Source: Elainellaceae cyanobacterium (GTDB lineage Bacteria; Cyanobacteriota; Cyanobacteriia; CAZCXK01). From it: a DNA stretch of 26,914 nucleotides. The notes beneath the pieces were generated by a model. It ran no database searches and was not told the DNA's origin. It saw only the letters and a program-made list of their open reading frames with translations. The translations under genes and the position numbers were made by a program. Shown here in pieces: positions 1 to 8,301 of this stretch. Each line of letters begins with the position of its first letter. Positions within the stretch are counted from its first letter, which is position 1. Location: contig JBNPEG010000210.1 in the NCBI GenBank assembly GCA_051117555.1, positions 1-26,914 on the forward strand, written 5' to 3'.

Positions 1-140
1 GAAAGCCCAAGATGCAAGTTGTTGGGGCCGTTATGCACAAGCTGATTCGCATCATCTATGGAATCCTGAAATCTGGCCAGCCTTTTGACCCTGATAAATT
101 ACTCCCAGCTACTTGACACCTTTTTCCAAAAACAGTACCT
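1..140 (+). mobile_element. Right end of an IS110-family insertion sequence
   Basis: The transposase stop is followed by a short non-coding end finishing in ACAGTACCT (132-140), which resembles the IS621 left-donor plus CT core (ACAGTAT-CT). TTGACA lies at 113-118. No terminal inverted repeat is expected for this family. Confidence 0.75.
3..116 (+). CDS. IS110-family transposase/recombinase, C-terminal end (5' part outside the window)
   Basis: Frame 3 reads KPKMQVVGAVMHKLIRIIYGILKSGQPFDPDKLLPAT*, matching the typical IS110 C-terminus (K.KM..I.A.M.KL...YG.LKS..PFDP). Too short for the ORF track. Confidence 0.85.
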   Translation, partial: KPKMQVVGAVMHKLIRIIYGILKSGQPFDPDKLLPAT

Positions 141-523
141 ACAAGATAGCGATCGCACTACAGGAAGAACCGACGGAGGGGCAGGAGCCGTTACGAGACT
201 GGGCTGTTACCGTCATCGACGAGTATTCCGGTGTACCTATGGAGCAGGCAGTAAGAGAAAATCTTATTCAACGAGAAGCGCTACCAGCTCGCTTGGGGAT
301 TGTTTCAACACCTAGTAACCTTCCTGTCGCTGTCAGAAGTGCTCCGATGGGATCAGTACTCGGAGCATTGCCGCCGGGTGCGCAATTTGAGTGGGATGAA
401 ACGAGCGCGGTTAATGTCGGTGGCTATACGTGGGTGAGACTGACGACTGGGGAATTTGCAGGAGGGTGGGTCGTAAAAGAATTTTTAAATGATTTAGGAC
501 AGGCAAACCCTGCTCAAAATTAG
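140..523 (+). pseudogene. 3' remnant of an SH3b-domain protein gene interrupted by IS110
   Basis: The C-terminal V.VRSAP..G.VLG.L..G......GGYTWVRL.....GGWV.KEFL is a bacterial SH3-like pattern. The TTG start listed at 113 lies inside the IS end. Confidence 0.6.
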
Positions 524-546
524 AAGCAATGGCGATCGCACAAGTT

Positions 547-780
547 GCATCTCCGAATTAAGAAAACTGATGGTAGCGGTTTCGATTTCACAATGGTTGG
601 TCTCGATTTGCCAATCTGTCTACAATTTTTGCGTATCAGCAGCCTCCAATCGCATCTCCGAATTAAGAAAACTGATGTGAGGTGGTTTTGATTTCATATC
701 CGTTGGTCTTGATTTGCCAAACGAATTGAAATGTTTGCCTAGCGATATAAAAGTTTCTAATCTAGTTGGTCTCGGTTTTA
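547..780. repeat. Direct repeat with about 105-bp period (two copies plus a fragment) and an internal 21-bp subperiod
   Basis: GCATCTCCGAATTAAGAAAACTGATG...GATTTCA...GTTGGTCTYGATTTGCCAA starts at 547 and 652. A partial GTTGGTCTCG occurs at 765. Confidence 0.85.
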
Positions 781-793
781 TATTCGACCGACT

Positions 794-1129
794 TCATTTG
801 ATATCCGGTGGTGGAAATTTGATATTGGATGGTGATCAATCCATGCGCAATATAAGACTTTCTTAACCGAATATGAAATGATGACCATCGGATAGTGAAT
901 AATGACTATCCGATATAGACCATTCACTATCCGGTATAAAACGTTTAATATCCGACACAAAACGTTCAATATCAGACATTGAATGATGACCATCGGATTG
1001 TGAATAATCCCTATCTGATGGTAAATGGTGACTATTGGGTGGTGAACAATCCCCATCGAATCGTGAATGATGACTATCGGGTGGTGAATGATTGCCCTTA
1101 GATAGTGAACAATGACTATTCGATGTGGG
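794..1129. repeat. Degenerate 21-bp tandem array, about 16 units
   Basis: In-register units include ATGATGACCATCGGATAGTGA (878), ATGATGACCATCGGATTGTGA (983), ATGGTGACTATTGGGTGGTGA (1025) and ATGATGACTATCGGGTGGTGA (1067). Confidence 0.85.
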
Positions 1130-1149
1130 GCGATCGCCTCTTCTGTCCC

Positions 1150-1216
1150 AGATCCCCGGCCTCTCAGGCGAGGGGATGACACATCATCAGATACCTCCAT
1201 CAGAAGCCGGGGATCT
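1150..1216. repeat. Inverted-repeat element downstream of Uma2; possible terminator or RNA stem
   Basis: AGATCCCCGGCCTCT (1150-1164) pairs with AGAAGCCGGGGATCT (1202-1216) with one mismatch. Resembles the common cyanobacterial AGATCCCCGACTTCT..AGAAGTCGGGGATCT repeat. Confidence 0.65.
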
Positions 1217-1239
1217 AAGGCAATCAATCAACTGGTGCT

Positions 1240-1821
1240 TCAGCTAAAGATGGCATCCGCTGTGAGCGCTAGATTGGGGATAATCTCTGACTGAATCTGA
1301 TCTGAACAGGTATACACCGTGTCTTCATACTGTCCTTCCACCCACTGACACACCGTAACCTTTCGCTCTCCCGGATCAACAATCCAATACTCGGAAATGG
1401 CTCGTGCGGCATACTCAGTGTGCTTGTAGCGGTAATCACGGTTTCGGTTAGCATTTCCAGGAGACACAATCTCAATGACCAGCGCTGGGGGCGGCATATT
1501 ACGGGTAATCGTGGCGCGCCCTTTGCCTGCTAGGGCTGCTTTTGATTCTTCTGTATGGACTAGCAGATCGGGGAGTCTGCAACCCGCTCTTCGCGCCGTA
1601 ACCTCTATTTCTGTATCTTTGTGAGCCAGAAGAAAAACCGGCACGTATTGCGCGAGTATAAACAATAGCGTTCTAGCAATGTCGTTATTCTCATCAGATT
1701 CCGGTGGCATCTCAATCAGTGCGCCATCCACAAGCTCATACCGGGTATCGGTCCCGTCGTCGTAGGCAAGATACTCCTCAAAACTTAGAGGTTGGATTTG
1801 AGGGGAGGCTGCTTGACTCAT
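1240..1821 (-). CDS. Uma2 family (DUF820) PD-(D/E)XK endonuclease-like protein
   Basis: Motifs [44 protein letters not shown]...I.EYWIVDP. Confidence 0.95.
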   Translation of the reverse strand: MSQAASPQIQPLSFEEYLAYDDGTDTRYELVDGALIEMPPESDENNDIARTLLFILAQYVPVFLLAHKDTEIEVTARRAGCRLPDLLVHTEESKAALAGKGRATITRNMPPPALVIEIVSPGNANRNRDYRYKHTEYAARAISEYWIVDPGERKVTVCQWVEGQYEDTVYTCSDQIQSEIIPNLALTADAIFS

Positions 1822-1850
1822 AGTGGCGATCGCCTGTTCTGGTGTTACCG

Positions 1851-2000
1851 CTATTTTAACGGGTCAGACGGGATTCCCAAGGCATTACTCAGAGGTTTCT
1901 GCTGCACTGCCTCGATGAAATCGATGTGAGAAATTCGAGCGCCCGGCAGAATTTCCAAATCGGTGCCGAAAAAACAACTGTAGCGCCGCTTGGCGATCGC
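1851..2000 (-). pseudogene. Truncated, internally deleted cysteine hydrolase paralog
   Basis: Minus strand reads [49 protein letters not shown], matching 21723-21777 joined to 21958-22003 of the intact gene. Confidence 0.85.
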
Positions 2001-2084
2001 ACTTTCGACGGTCGGTGTGCATGGGCGTTGTTAAATTGCGTCTGCTACTTGTGAGTAGAAATTGCTTAGCTAAAGCCTATGGAT

Positions 2085-2147
2085 GTTGGGTTTCGTGCCT
2101 CAACCCAACCTGCACAGGTCTCATATTTAATTAGTCCCACCTACTTA
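2085..2147. repeat. REP-like palindrome plus adjacent dispersed-repeat end
   Basis: Hairpin GTTGGGTT-TCGTGCCTC-AACCCAAC followed by CTGC (variant of the CTAC/GTAG tetranucleotide). A related sequence lies at 24195-24249. Confidence 0.65.
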
Positions 2148-2227
2148 TCGCTTCAGCAAATCTTCACACAGAAGACGAAATCATCGTGTGTGATGGTCAA
2201 AGACCAGTCCTAAAGGACTATCGCCCA

Positions 2228-2369
2228 ATTTGTTAACGCGATATGCCTCAACATGCCAAAACAACGGCAAACATCTTAAAACAACCGCCAACTTGTTAAT
2301 GCGATGCCTTGACATGCCAAAACAGCGGCAAACATCTCAAAACAACTGCCAACGTGTTAATGCGATCGC
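2228..2369. repeat. 61-63-bp tandem repeat (about 2.3 copies) built from about 20-bp subunits
   Basis: ACATGCCAAAACARCGGCAAACATCTYAAAACAACYGCCAAC at 2251 and 2312. TGTTAAYGCGAT occurs three times, the last ending in HIP1 (2362-2369). Confidence 0.8.
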
Positions 2370-2464
2370 TCCTTACCTTAGCAGTTTCCGCTGTGCTATG
2401 CTGCCACTCCTCTATCGCGTCTTGCTCAACACCAGAAGTAGACAGTGGGTGCGATCGCCATACG

Positions 2465-2872
2465 TTAAGATTGTGTATCTAGTCGACGCTCAGGATTTTG
2501 AACTCCAATCAGTCGATTCCACAAACCGTATCCCACCTCAGATTTAGGGACTAAATAATCATCTTGACCAGCTTCCATCGACGCCATGGCAGTAAACTCT
2601 TGCCGTGCCGGATCGTTGAGATTGATATAGGTTGCGCCTTGCTCTAAGCGAGTACCCGGTTTGAGGACGGGAATATTTTGAAGCTCATCACTGGAAAACC
2701 CGTCCATTTGATTTCTCAGCTCTTTGATGTCGTTGACCGTGCGTTCAAATCGACCTGGCTTTTCTCCTTCTACGCCAATATTAAATCCTGCTTTCGGGTC
2801 AGGATTTAAGTCGCGCTGCCACTGATCGGGCTGCTGATCGGTGGGTTGTCCAGGTTTTTGAGGAGTTGACAT
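2465..2872 (-). CDS. Hypothetical protein
   Basis: Natural-looking 135-aa ORF (..LEQGATYINL..F.A...M.AG....VPKSEV.Y.LWNRL.G). ATG at 2872 is preferred over 2917 because GGAGGG precedes it. Confidence 0.8.
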   Translation of the reverse strand: MSTPQKPGQPTDQQPDQWQRDLNPDPKAGFNIGVEGEKPGRFERTVNDIKELRNQMDGFSSDELQNIPVLKPGTRLEQGATYINLNDPARQEFTAMASMEAGQDDYLVPKSEVGYGLWNRLIGVQNPERRLDTQS

Positions 2873-3071
2873 AGAACGTCTTCCCTCCTTGCTATCGTCA
2901 ATGATGCAGGGGTACATCTACTTTATTTCCCCTACTTATGTCTACGTTAAATGAATTGAGGGGGGCGATCGCCTATCAAAAGGCTTAATTCGTGTTTCTC
3001 GCGTGACGTACCCTAGTGTCTGCAAATCATCTGCAAATCATCAGAGGATTTGATAAATCTCTCGCCAAGAA

Positions 3072-3085
3072 GTAACAGCCAATAC
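3072..3085 (+). promoter_or_regulatory. NtcA box upstream of the SDR-Rieske operon
   Basis: GTA-ACAGCCAA-TAC is an exact GTA-N8-TAC. A weak -10-like CACACT lies 22 nt downstream (3108-3113). Confidence 0.6.
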
Positions 3086-3120
3086 ATTCTGAAATCTATA
3101 AAGATTGCACACTTTCCCTA

Positions 3121-3903
3121 TTGAAGTTGATTGATTCTATGTTCTCCCTGACCAATAAGGTTGCCGTAGTAACGGGAGGCGCTTCCGGGATTGGAAAAGC
3201 GATCGTGAAGCGGTTCCTCGATGCGGGAGCGACAGTCTATTCCATCGATCTGGTGAAATCCACCGTTGTGGGCGCTACAGCGCTATCCGGAGATGTTTCC
3301 AACGAATCAGATATCGTGCATCTGCTCAAAGAAGCAGCGGCGGCGACAGGTCACATTGATATTTTGGTTAACAATGCTGGCGTGCAGCCGCTCGGCATTC
3401 CATTTGCAGAACTCACAGAGAAGGCACTGCGCCGCACGTTCGAGGTAAATGTCCACGGCGTCACGTTTGGGGTCAAGCATGCGCCTACATTCATGCCCGA
3501 CACTGGAGGGCGGATTATCAATACCTCCTCATTCGTCGGAATGGTCGGCGTCCCATTTGGTTCCGCTTATGCAGTCTCAAAAGCAGCCGTTATCCACATC
3601 ACGAAATGTGCGGCCATTGAGCTTGCTGTGAAAAGTATTACGGTGAATGCGATCGCCCCCGGCACCGTCCTAACCCCAGCCGTGACCAACATTCCAGATA
3701 ATCCTGAAGTCCAGTTTGTTTCCCGCCGCACCCCGCTGGGGAGGCTTGCTGAGTCAGACGAAATCGCTTCCGCGTTCCACTTTCTTGCATCAGACGAGGC
3801 GGCTTACATAACGGGCGCGATTCTTCCGGTCGATGGTGGCATTACGGCAGGTTGGGAGAGCTACGATTTGCCAGCCCCTGATCCGTGGTTCGCTACTCCC
3901 TAA
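3121..3903 (+). CDS. SDR family NAD(P)-dependent oxidoreductase (FabG-like); ATG start possibly 3139
   Basis: TGGASGIG, NNAG, catalytic YAVSK, VNAIAPG and VDGG motifs. Confidence 0.95.
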   Translation: MKLIDSMFSLTNKVAVVTGGASGIGKAIVKRFLDAGATVYSIDLVKSTVVGATALSGDVSNESDIVHLLKEAAAATGHIDILVNNAGVQPLGIPFAELTEKALRRTFEVNVHGVTFGVKHAPTFMPDTGGRIINTSSFVGMVGVPFGSAYAVSKAAVIHITKCAAIELAVKSITVNAIAPGTVLTPAVTNIPDNPEVQFVSRRTPLGRLAESDEIASAFHFLASDEAAYITGAILPVDGGITAGWESYDLPAPDPWFATP

Positions 3904-3930
3904 GCAATACCGCTCAAAGCCTGATACCCA

Positions 3931-5187
3931 ATGCAGAAAGAAATACCGATGGTTAACATGATCAAACCCAAGCCAGCCAGCATCGAAGCAATCAATGCCG
4001 CAATCCTTGAGTCTGCGTCAACTGATTTAGCGCATGCATATACCTTGCCTGCGGCAGCCTACACGTCGGAGGAATACTTCGAGTATGAGATGGAAACAAT
4101 TTTCAAACGGGAATGGATTTGCGTTGCCCATGGGTCACAGATTCCAAAACCGGGCGACTATCTCAGCCTCGATGTCATTGGCGAGCCCGTGATTGTCGTT
4201 CGTGGCAAAGACCACTCAATCAAAGTACTGTCGCGCGTCTGTCCGCATCGCGCAATGGACATTATGCCAAAGGGGTTTGGCTATGATGAACGAGGGAAAG
4301 TACGACTCTTCATGTGCCCCTACCATAGCTGGACATTTGATTTATGCGGGCAGCTCAAGGGCGCGCCCGAAATGCAGAAAACCGCTGACTTTAAACTGAA
4401 AGACTTTGGTCTGGTCGAATTTAACAGCGAGATTTGGGAGGGCTTTGTGTTCATGTCCTTCAATCACGATGCTAAGCCAGTGGCCGATCAGCTTGCCGAT
4501 CTCCATCCCAAGATCGCGCCCTGGAATATGGCCGAAATGGATATCGTGGTCGAGATGGAGTGGGAACTCGATGTGAATTGGAAAAACATGATCGAGAACT
4601 GGATGGAGCCATACCATCACATGGGAATCCACGTAAAGTCGCTCCAGCCGATGATGCCTGCAACGGGGTGCTGGACTGAAGACTATCATCCCCACTACAC
4701 GCGAGCCCATTTGCCCTATCGGCAAAGCCTGATTGATTCGATGAAAGAAGCTGAAGCCAAGGGAGAACACGTCGGCACTTTTCCACCGATTCCAAACTTG
4801 CCAGAGGAATATAAATATGAATGGACGGTGCATGTGGGCTATCCCGACTATCTAATGCTCACGGGGCCAAACTGTGCGCTTTGGTATCGCATGCTGCCAA
4901 TCAGTGCAGAAAAGATTCATCTGGTCACAACTATCCTGGTCAATCAAGACGCGCAGGCGGATCCTGATTTCGAGGAACACCGTGCGACGGAAGCACAAGC
5001 CTTAAAAGACTTTCACAGTGAAGACATCGAAGCGTGTACTGCGGTTCAGCGGGGCTTTAACTCCGTGGCGTTTCAGCATGGGCGAATGAGCTATCTAGAA
5101 AAACCGGTTTATCAAATCCAGTGCTACCTGGCCGACCAAATCCGAGCGACAGGGAATGTTCCATCAGCTCAGGAGGTCTTGGCATGA
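3931..5187 (+). CDS. Rieske non-heme iron oxygenase alpha subunit (CntA/choline monooxygenase-like), copy 1
   Basis: Rieske CPH...CPYH; NWK..IENWMEPYHH.GIH and C-terminal ED mononuclear iron ligands. Confidence 0.93.
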   Translation: MQKEIPMVNMIKPKPASIEAINAAILESASTDLAHAYTLPAAAYTSEEYFEYEMETIFKREWICVAHGSQIPKPGDYLSLDVIGEPVIVVRGKDHSIKVLSRVCPHRAMDIMPKGFGYDERGKVRLFMCPYHSWTFDLCGQLKGAPEMQKTADFKLKDFGLVEFNSEIWEGFVFMSFNHDAKPVADQLADLHPKIAPWNMAEMDIVVEMEWELDVNWKNMIENWMEPYHHMGIHVKSLQPMMPATGCWTEDYHPHYTRAHLPYRQSLIDSMKEAEAKGEHVGTFPPIPNLPEEYKYEWTVHVGYPDYLMLTGPNCALWYRMLPISAEKIHLVTTILVNQDAQADPDFEEHRATEAQALKDFHSEDIEACTAVQRGFNSVAFQHGRMSYLEKPVYQIQCYLADQIRATGNVPSAQEVLA

Positions 5188-6110
5188 GCGGACGAACAGT
5201 CGTTTACATTATGCCATTGCCGCCGGGTTTGCATCCTGGGATGGATACCGTTGCCCACGGTATTGCGCATGGCCTTGACGGTGCTGATACCGAGCTTCGC
5301 ATTCTTCCAGCAGACTTGCGCGATCCCAACTATGCCATCGAACAGAACCAGGCCGTTGTAGCGGCGACCGAGGCAAAGGTTGACGGTATTTGCCTCTTTA
5401 CGCTCGATGAGCGCGAACCAGCTCCAGCCGTTTGGCGGGCGATCGGGAAAAACATTCCGGTCGTGGCGCTCCATAAACCCGTCTTTCCAGTGACTGCAAC
5501 CGTCGCCGTTCCTAACTTCTATCACGGACTATTCCTCACCCAGTTTCTGGCACGTCACGTAGACGATAATGCCCGCATTGCAATTATCGGGGGGCCTCCC
5601 ATCTTAGATGATGAAGAACTGGTAGAAGGGCTGATTGAAGGATCGAAGCGCTGCAAGTTTCAACTATTGAATGATCCGCATGATCCAATCTGCCGAAATG
5701 TGTCTGACGTAGCGGGTGCGGGGGCTGAGGCGGCCTGCCACGTTCTCGATACCTATGAAAATCTCGATGCGCTGATTGTTTTCAATGACGAGACACTGCT
5801 CGATGTTCTTCCCATTCTCAAAGAACGGGAACTGCTAGGGACTCTTCCAGTTGTGTCTCGCAACGGCAGTCCGGCAGCGGTTGAGGCTGTTCGACGAGGC
5901 GATTCGCTGGCAACATACGACTATGGGCTGACTGAACTGGGTATTGCAGCCGGTGAACTATTCAAAGATATCTTTCTCAATGATGCTGACCCGCAGGATG
6001 TTGTCGTTTGTCCAACCTATGGCCGCGTCATTGATGAGGAGGCTGCTGAAACCTATATTCCTTGGAGTAAGAGGGCTCCAGCGATTGAACTGCTATCTGG
6101 GCTCGATTAA
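5184..6110 (+). CDS. Type I periplasmic-binding-fold (RbsB/LacI effector-domain-like) protein with no signal peptide or HTH
   Basis: ATGA overlap with the Rieske stop and AGGAGG RBS at 5171. Pattern VDGI.., IPVVA, IAIIGG, DALIVFND, VVSRNGS..AVEAV..G..LAT. Confidence 0.8.
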   Translation: MSGRTVVYIMPLPPGLHPGMDTVAHGIAHGLDGADTELRILPADLRDPNYAIEQNQAVVAATEAKVDGICLFTLDEREPAPAVWRAIGKNIPVVALHKPVFPVTATVAVPNFYHGLFLTQFLARHVDDNARIAIIGGPPILDDEELVEGLIEGSKRCKFQLLNDPHDPICRNVSDVAGAGAEAACHVLDTYENLDALIVFNDETLLDVLPILKERELLGTLPVVSRNGSPAAVEAVRRGDSLATYDYGLTELGIAAGELFKDIFLNDADPQDVVVCPTYGRVIDEEAAETYIPWSKRAPAIELLSGLD

Positions 6111-6125
6111 TAGAGTCATCATCCC

Positions 6126-6515
6126 TCAGTCACCGCAATACACAATCAAATCAATTTCAACATCTCCCTGGCCTGCCAACGCGATCGCTCCTATCGTGGT
6201 GCGGCTAGGGCGACGTCCTTCGCTGAAGTAGGATGAAAAGATTTCGTTTACAGCTTCATAGTCCCTGAAGTCTGTCAAGAACAGGCGTGCCATAACAACG
6301 TGATCAAATCCGGTTTGAGCGTGGTCGAGGACGAGTTTCAGATTTTCCATAACGCGCTTCGTTTGCTCGGCGGCTGAGCCCCGCTGAATCTCACCTGTCA
6401 CCGGATCTTCTGCAAGCTGCCCCGTCACGAAAATGAAGTCACCCGCTCGAACCGCATGAGAATAGGGCGCAGGAGGAGGCAACAGATTATCGGGGAGTGT
6501 AATAAATTCAAGCAT
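6126..6515 (-). CDS. RidA/YjgF/UK114 family protein
   Basis: PYSHAV.AGDFIFVTGQ, QT..VMENL, N..F..YF...PSRT (conserved Arg), VEIDL. Confidence 0.93.
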   Translation of the reverse strand: MLEFITLPDNLLPPPAPYSHAVRAGDFIFVTGQLAEDPVTGEIQRGSAAEQTKRVMENLKLVLDHAQTGFDHVVMARLFLTDFRDYEAVNEIFSSYFSEGRRPSRTTIGAIALAGQGDVEIDLIVYCGD

Positions 6516-6545
6516 TGATACGTTAATTCGTATTATGAATAGTCA

Positions 6546-7349
6546 TTAGAAATCAGCCGTCATGCCTTCTCGCTCAATGGCAGCAAGCTCGGCAGTTGTA
6601 AATTCGTGCGTCGCAACCTCTCGCTCTAAATGGTGACGTAGATGGGTGCGAATGTCGCGCAGTCGATAATCGTCTGGATCTCGGGGGCGATCGCCCGGCA
6701 TCTCAATGACGTCCAAAATTCGACCGGGGCTACCTGAGAACAAGACCACCTGATCGGCTAGCATGATGGCTTCATCGAGGTCATGGGTCACCATGATCAC
6801 CGTCGCCCGCACATGATGCCACATCGCTAATAAGTAGCGCTGCATGACGCTGCGAGTCTGGTAGTCGAGCGCTGAAAACGGCTCATCCAGCAGTAGAACC
6901 TGAGGATTAAGCACCAGTGCACGGGCGATCGCCACCCGCTGTTTCATGCCTCCGCTCAACTGCCGGGGAAGCTTGTTGGCATGCTCAATCAAGCCTACGT
7001 CTGCCAATAACTTACTAGCTTGCACCCGCCGCTTTCCGGACGATACTCCTTGGGCATGGAGCCCGAACGCAACGTTATCGCGAATTGTCATCCATTCAAA
7101 TAAATTGTGATGCTGAAACACAATCGCCGTTTCGGGACCTGGTTTGGTGACGTGCTTTCCTGCCAAGGTGACATGGCCCGTTGTGGGCTGAATCAAACCG
7201 GCGGCAATCTCAAGTACCGTTGATTTACCGCACCCCGATGGACCAATCATGGCGGTAAATGTCCCTGATGGAATCGTCAGGTCAATATCAAGCACCGCAG
7301 GCGCTCCGCCATATCGCTTTGAGATGCCTTGAAAACATACGTCAGCCAC
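6546..7349 (-). CDS. ABC transporter ATP-binding protein (NitT/TauT, SsuB-like), system 1
   Basis: GPSGCGKST, LSGGMKQR, LLLDEPF, VTHD. Probable GTG start at 7349 with GGAGG RBS, overlapping the permease stop. Confidence 0.93.
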   Translation of the reverse strand: MADVCFQGISKRYGGAPAVLDIDLTIPSGTFTAMIGPSGCGKSTVLEIAAGLIQPTTGHVTLAGKHVTKPGPETAIVFQHHNLFEWMTIRDNVAFGLHAQGVSSGKRRVQASKLLADVGLIEHANKLPRQLSGGMKQRVAIARALVLNPQVLLLDEPFSALDYQTRSVMQRYLLAMWHHVRATVIMVTHDLDEAIMLADQVVLFSGSPGRILDVIEMPGDRPRDPDDYRLRDIRTHLRHHLEREVATHEFTTAELAAIEREGMTADF

Positions 7350-8256
7350 GGCGACCTCCGAGCGCATCCTGCTGCGCTTCCCACCAAAGCAGCCGCTTTT
7401 GCACGAGCAAAAGTAGGCGATCGATCGCAAAGCCCAAGATACCGATAGTAATCACGCCCGTCATCACGAGTTTCATATTAAATTGCTGCTGTCCTATCAC
7501 AATCAACGCGCCCAACCCAGAGTTGATACCTGCCATTTCTCCTGCCAAGACTGCCATCCAAGCGGCAAAGAAATTGACGCGCACAATGGTTAGCAATCCG
7601 GGGGCTGCTGCGGGCAAGACCACCCACACCCATAAGAAACTTCTCTCTGCACCCAAACTACGCGCCGTTTTGATCAACTCTTTTGGAACATGGGCGATCG
7701 CCGCTGCCGTTGCCAATGTCATGACGGCAAAGACTCCCATAAATACTACAAAGATGGCCGCTTGATCTCCCGTGCCCACCAGTGCAATCGACACAGGAAC
7801 CCAGGCAACAGGAGCGATCGGCGCGATGGTTTGTACCATCGGCATGACAAACTGCCGCAAAATAGGCACCACGGCCAGCAAGGTTCCCAAAGGCAATGCC
7901 GCCATCAACCCCAAACTTAAGCCAATAGACACTCGCAGTAAGGTTTTAACAACCGCTTCTCCATAACTGACCTGTTGAGGACCAATTCCAGCAGCGCCAG
8001 GCCCTTGCAGCACATACGGGATCACAACGCTGGGGGGAGGTAAAATATCGGCATTCAAAAATCCGATGGCGGAACCAATCTCCCATAGTGCAGCCAAAAT
8101 GATCCAACTGACTAAGAAGGATAGAACAGGGACAAAGGTCCGGACGAGCTGGGGAGACGAAAGCGATCGCGCAGGAGAGACACGCAACGAAGAAGACGAC
8201 GCTATTTTGGACTTGATCATACGCATCATTACATCAGTCCTGAGCTGGGTCATCAA
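7342..8256 (-). CDS. ABC transporter permease (SsuC/TauC-like), system 1; exact start uncertain
   Basis: ILPPPS.V, multiple hydrophobic segments, EAA-like loop (KTARSLGA), GEM.G..SGLG. Confidence 0.9.
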   Translation of the reverse strand: MMTQLRTDVMMRMIKSKIASSSSLRVSPARSLSSPQLVRTFVPVLSFLVSWIILAALWEIGSAIGFLNADILPPPSVVIPYVLQGPGAAGIGPQQVSYGEAVVKTLLRVSIGLSLGLMAALPLGTLLAVVPILRQFVMPMVQTIAPIAPVAWVPVSIALVGTGDQAAIFVVFMGVFAVMTLATAAAIAHVPKELIKTARSLGAERSFLWVWVVLPAAAPGLLTIVRVNFFAAWMAVLAGEMAGINSGLGALIVIGQQQFNMKLVMTGVITIGILGFAIDRLLLLVQKRLLWWEAQQDALGGRRG

Positions 8257-8301
8257 ACATGATGGAGTAGGCAGTTAGGAAATCTACTCAGCACGCTACT
8301 A

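Noticed and set aside
85..315. 76-aa ORF
   Set aside because: Overlaps the IS110 C-terminus and the SH3 remnant in another frame, with no recognisable motif.
547..1129. CRISPR array
   Set aside because: No constant repeat with unique spacers, and no cas genes in the window.
778..1227. 149-aa minus-strand ORF as a confident gene
   Set aside because: Its openness may result from the 21-bp repeat, and its N-terminus runs through an inverted-repeat element. Kept only as a hypothesis in the findings.
2230..2547. 105-aa ORF over the 61-bp repeat
   Set aside because: The repeat period is not a multiple of three, the start is TTG without an RBS, and it overlaps the convergent gene.
5121..5183. Longer N-terminus for the RbsB-fold protein
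   Set aside because: Lies inside the Rieske gene and is not a signal peptide. The ATG at 5184 has an RBS and ATGA coupling.
7350..7430. N-terminal extension of ATPase 1
   Set aside because: Overlaps the permease. GTG at 7349 has a GGAGG RBS.
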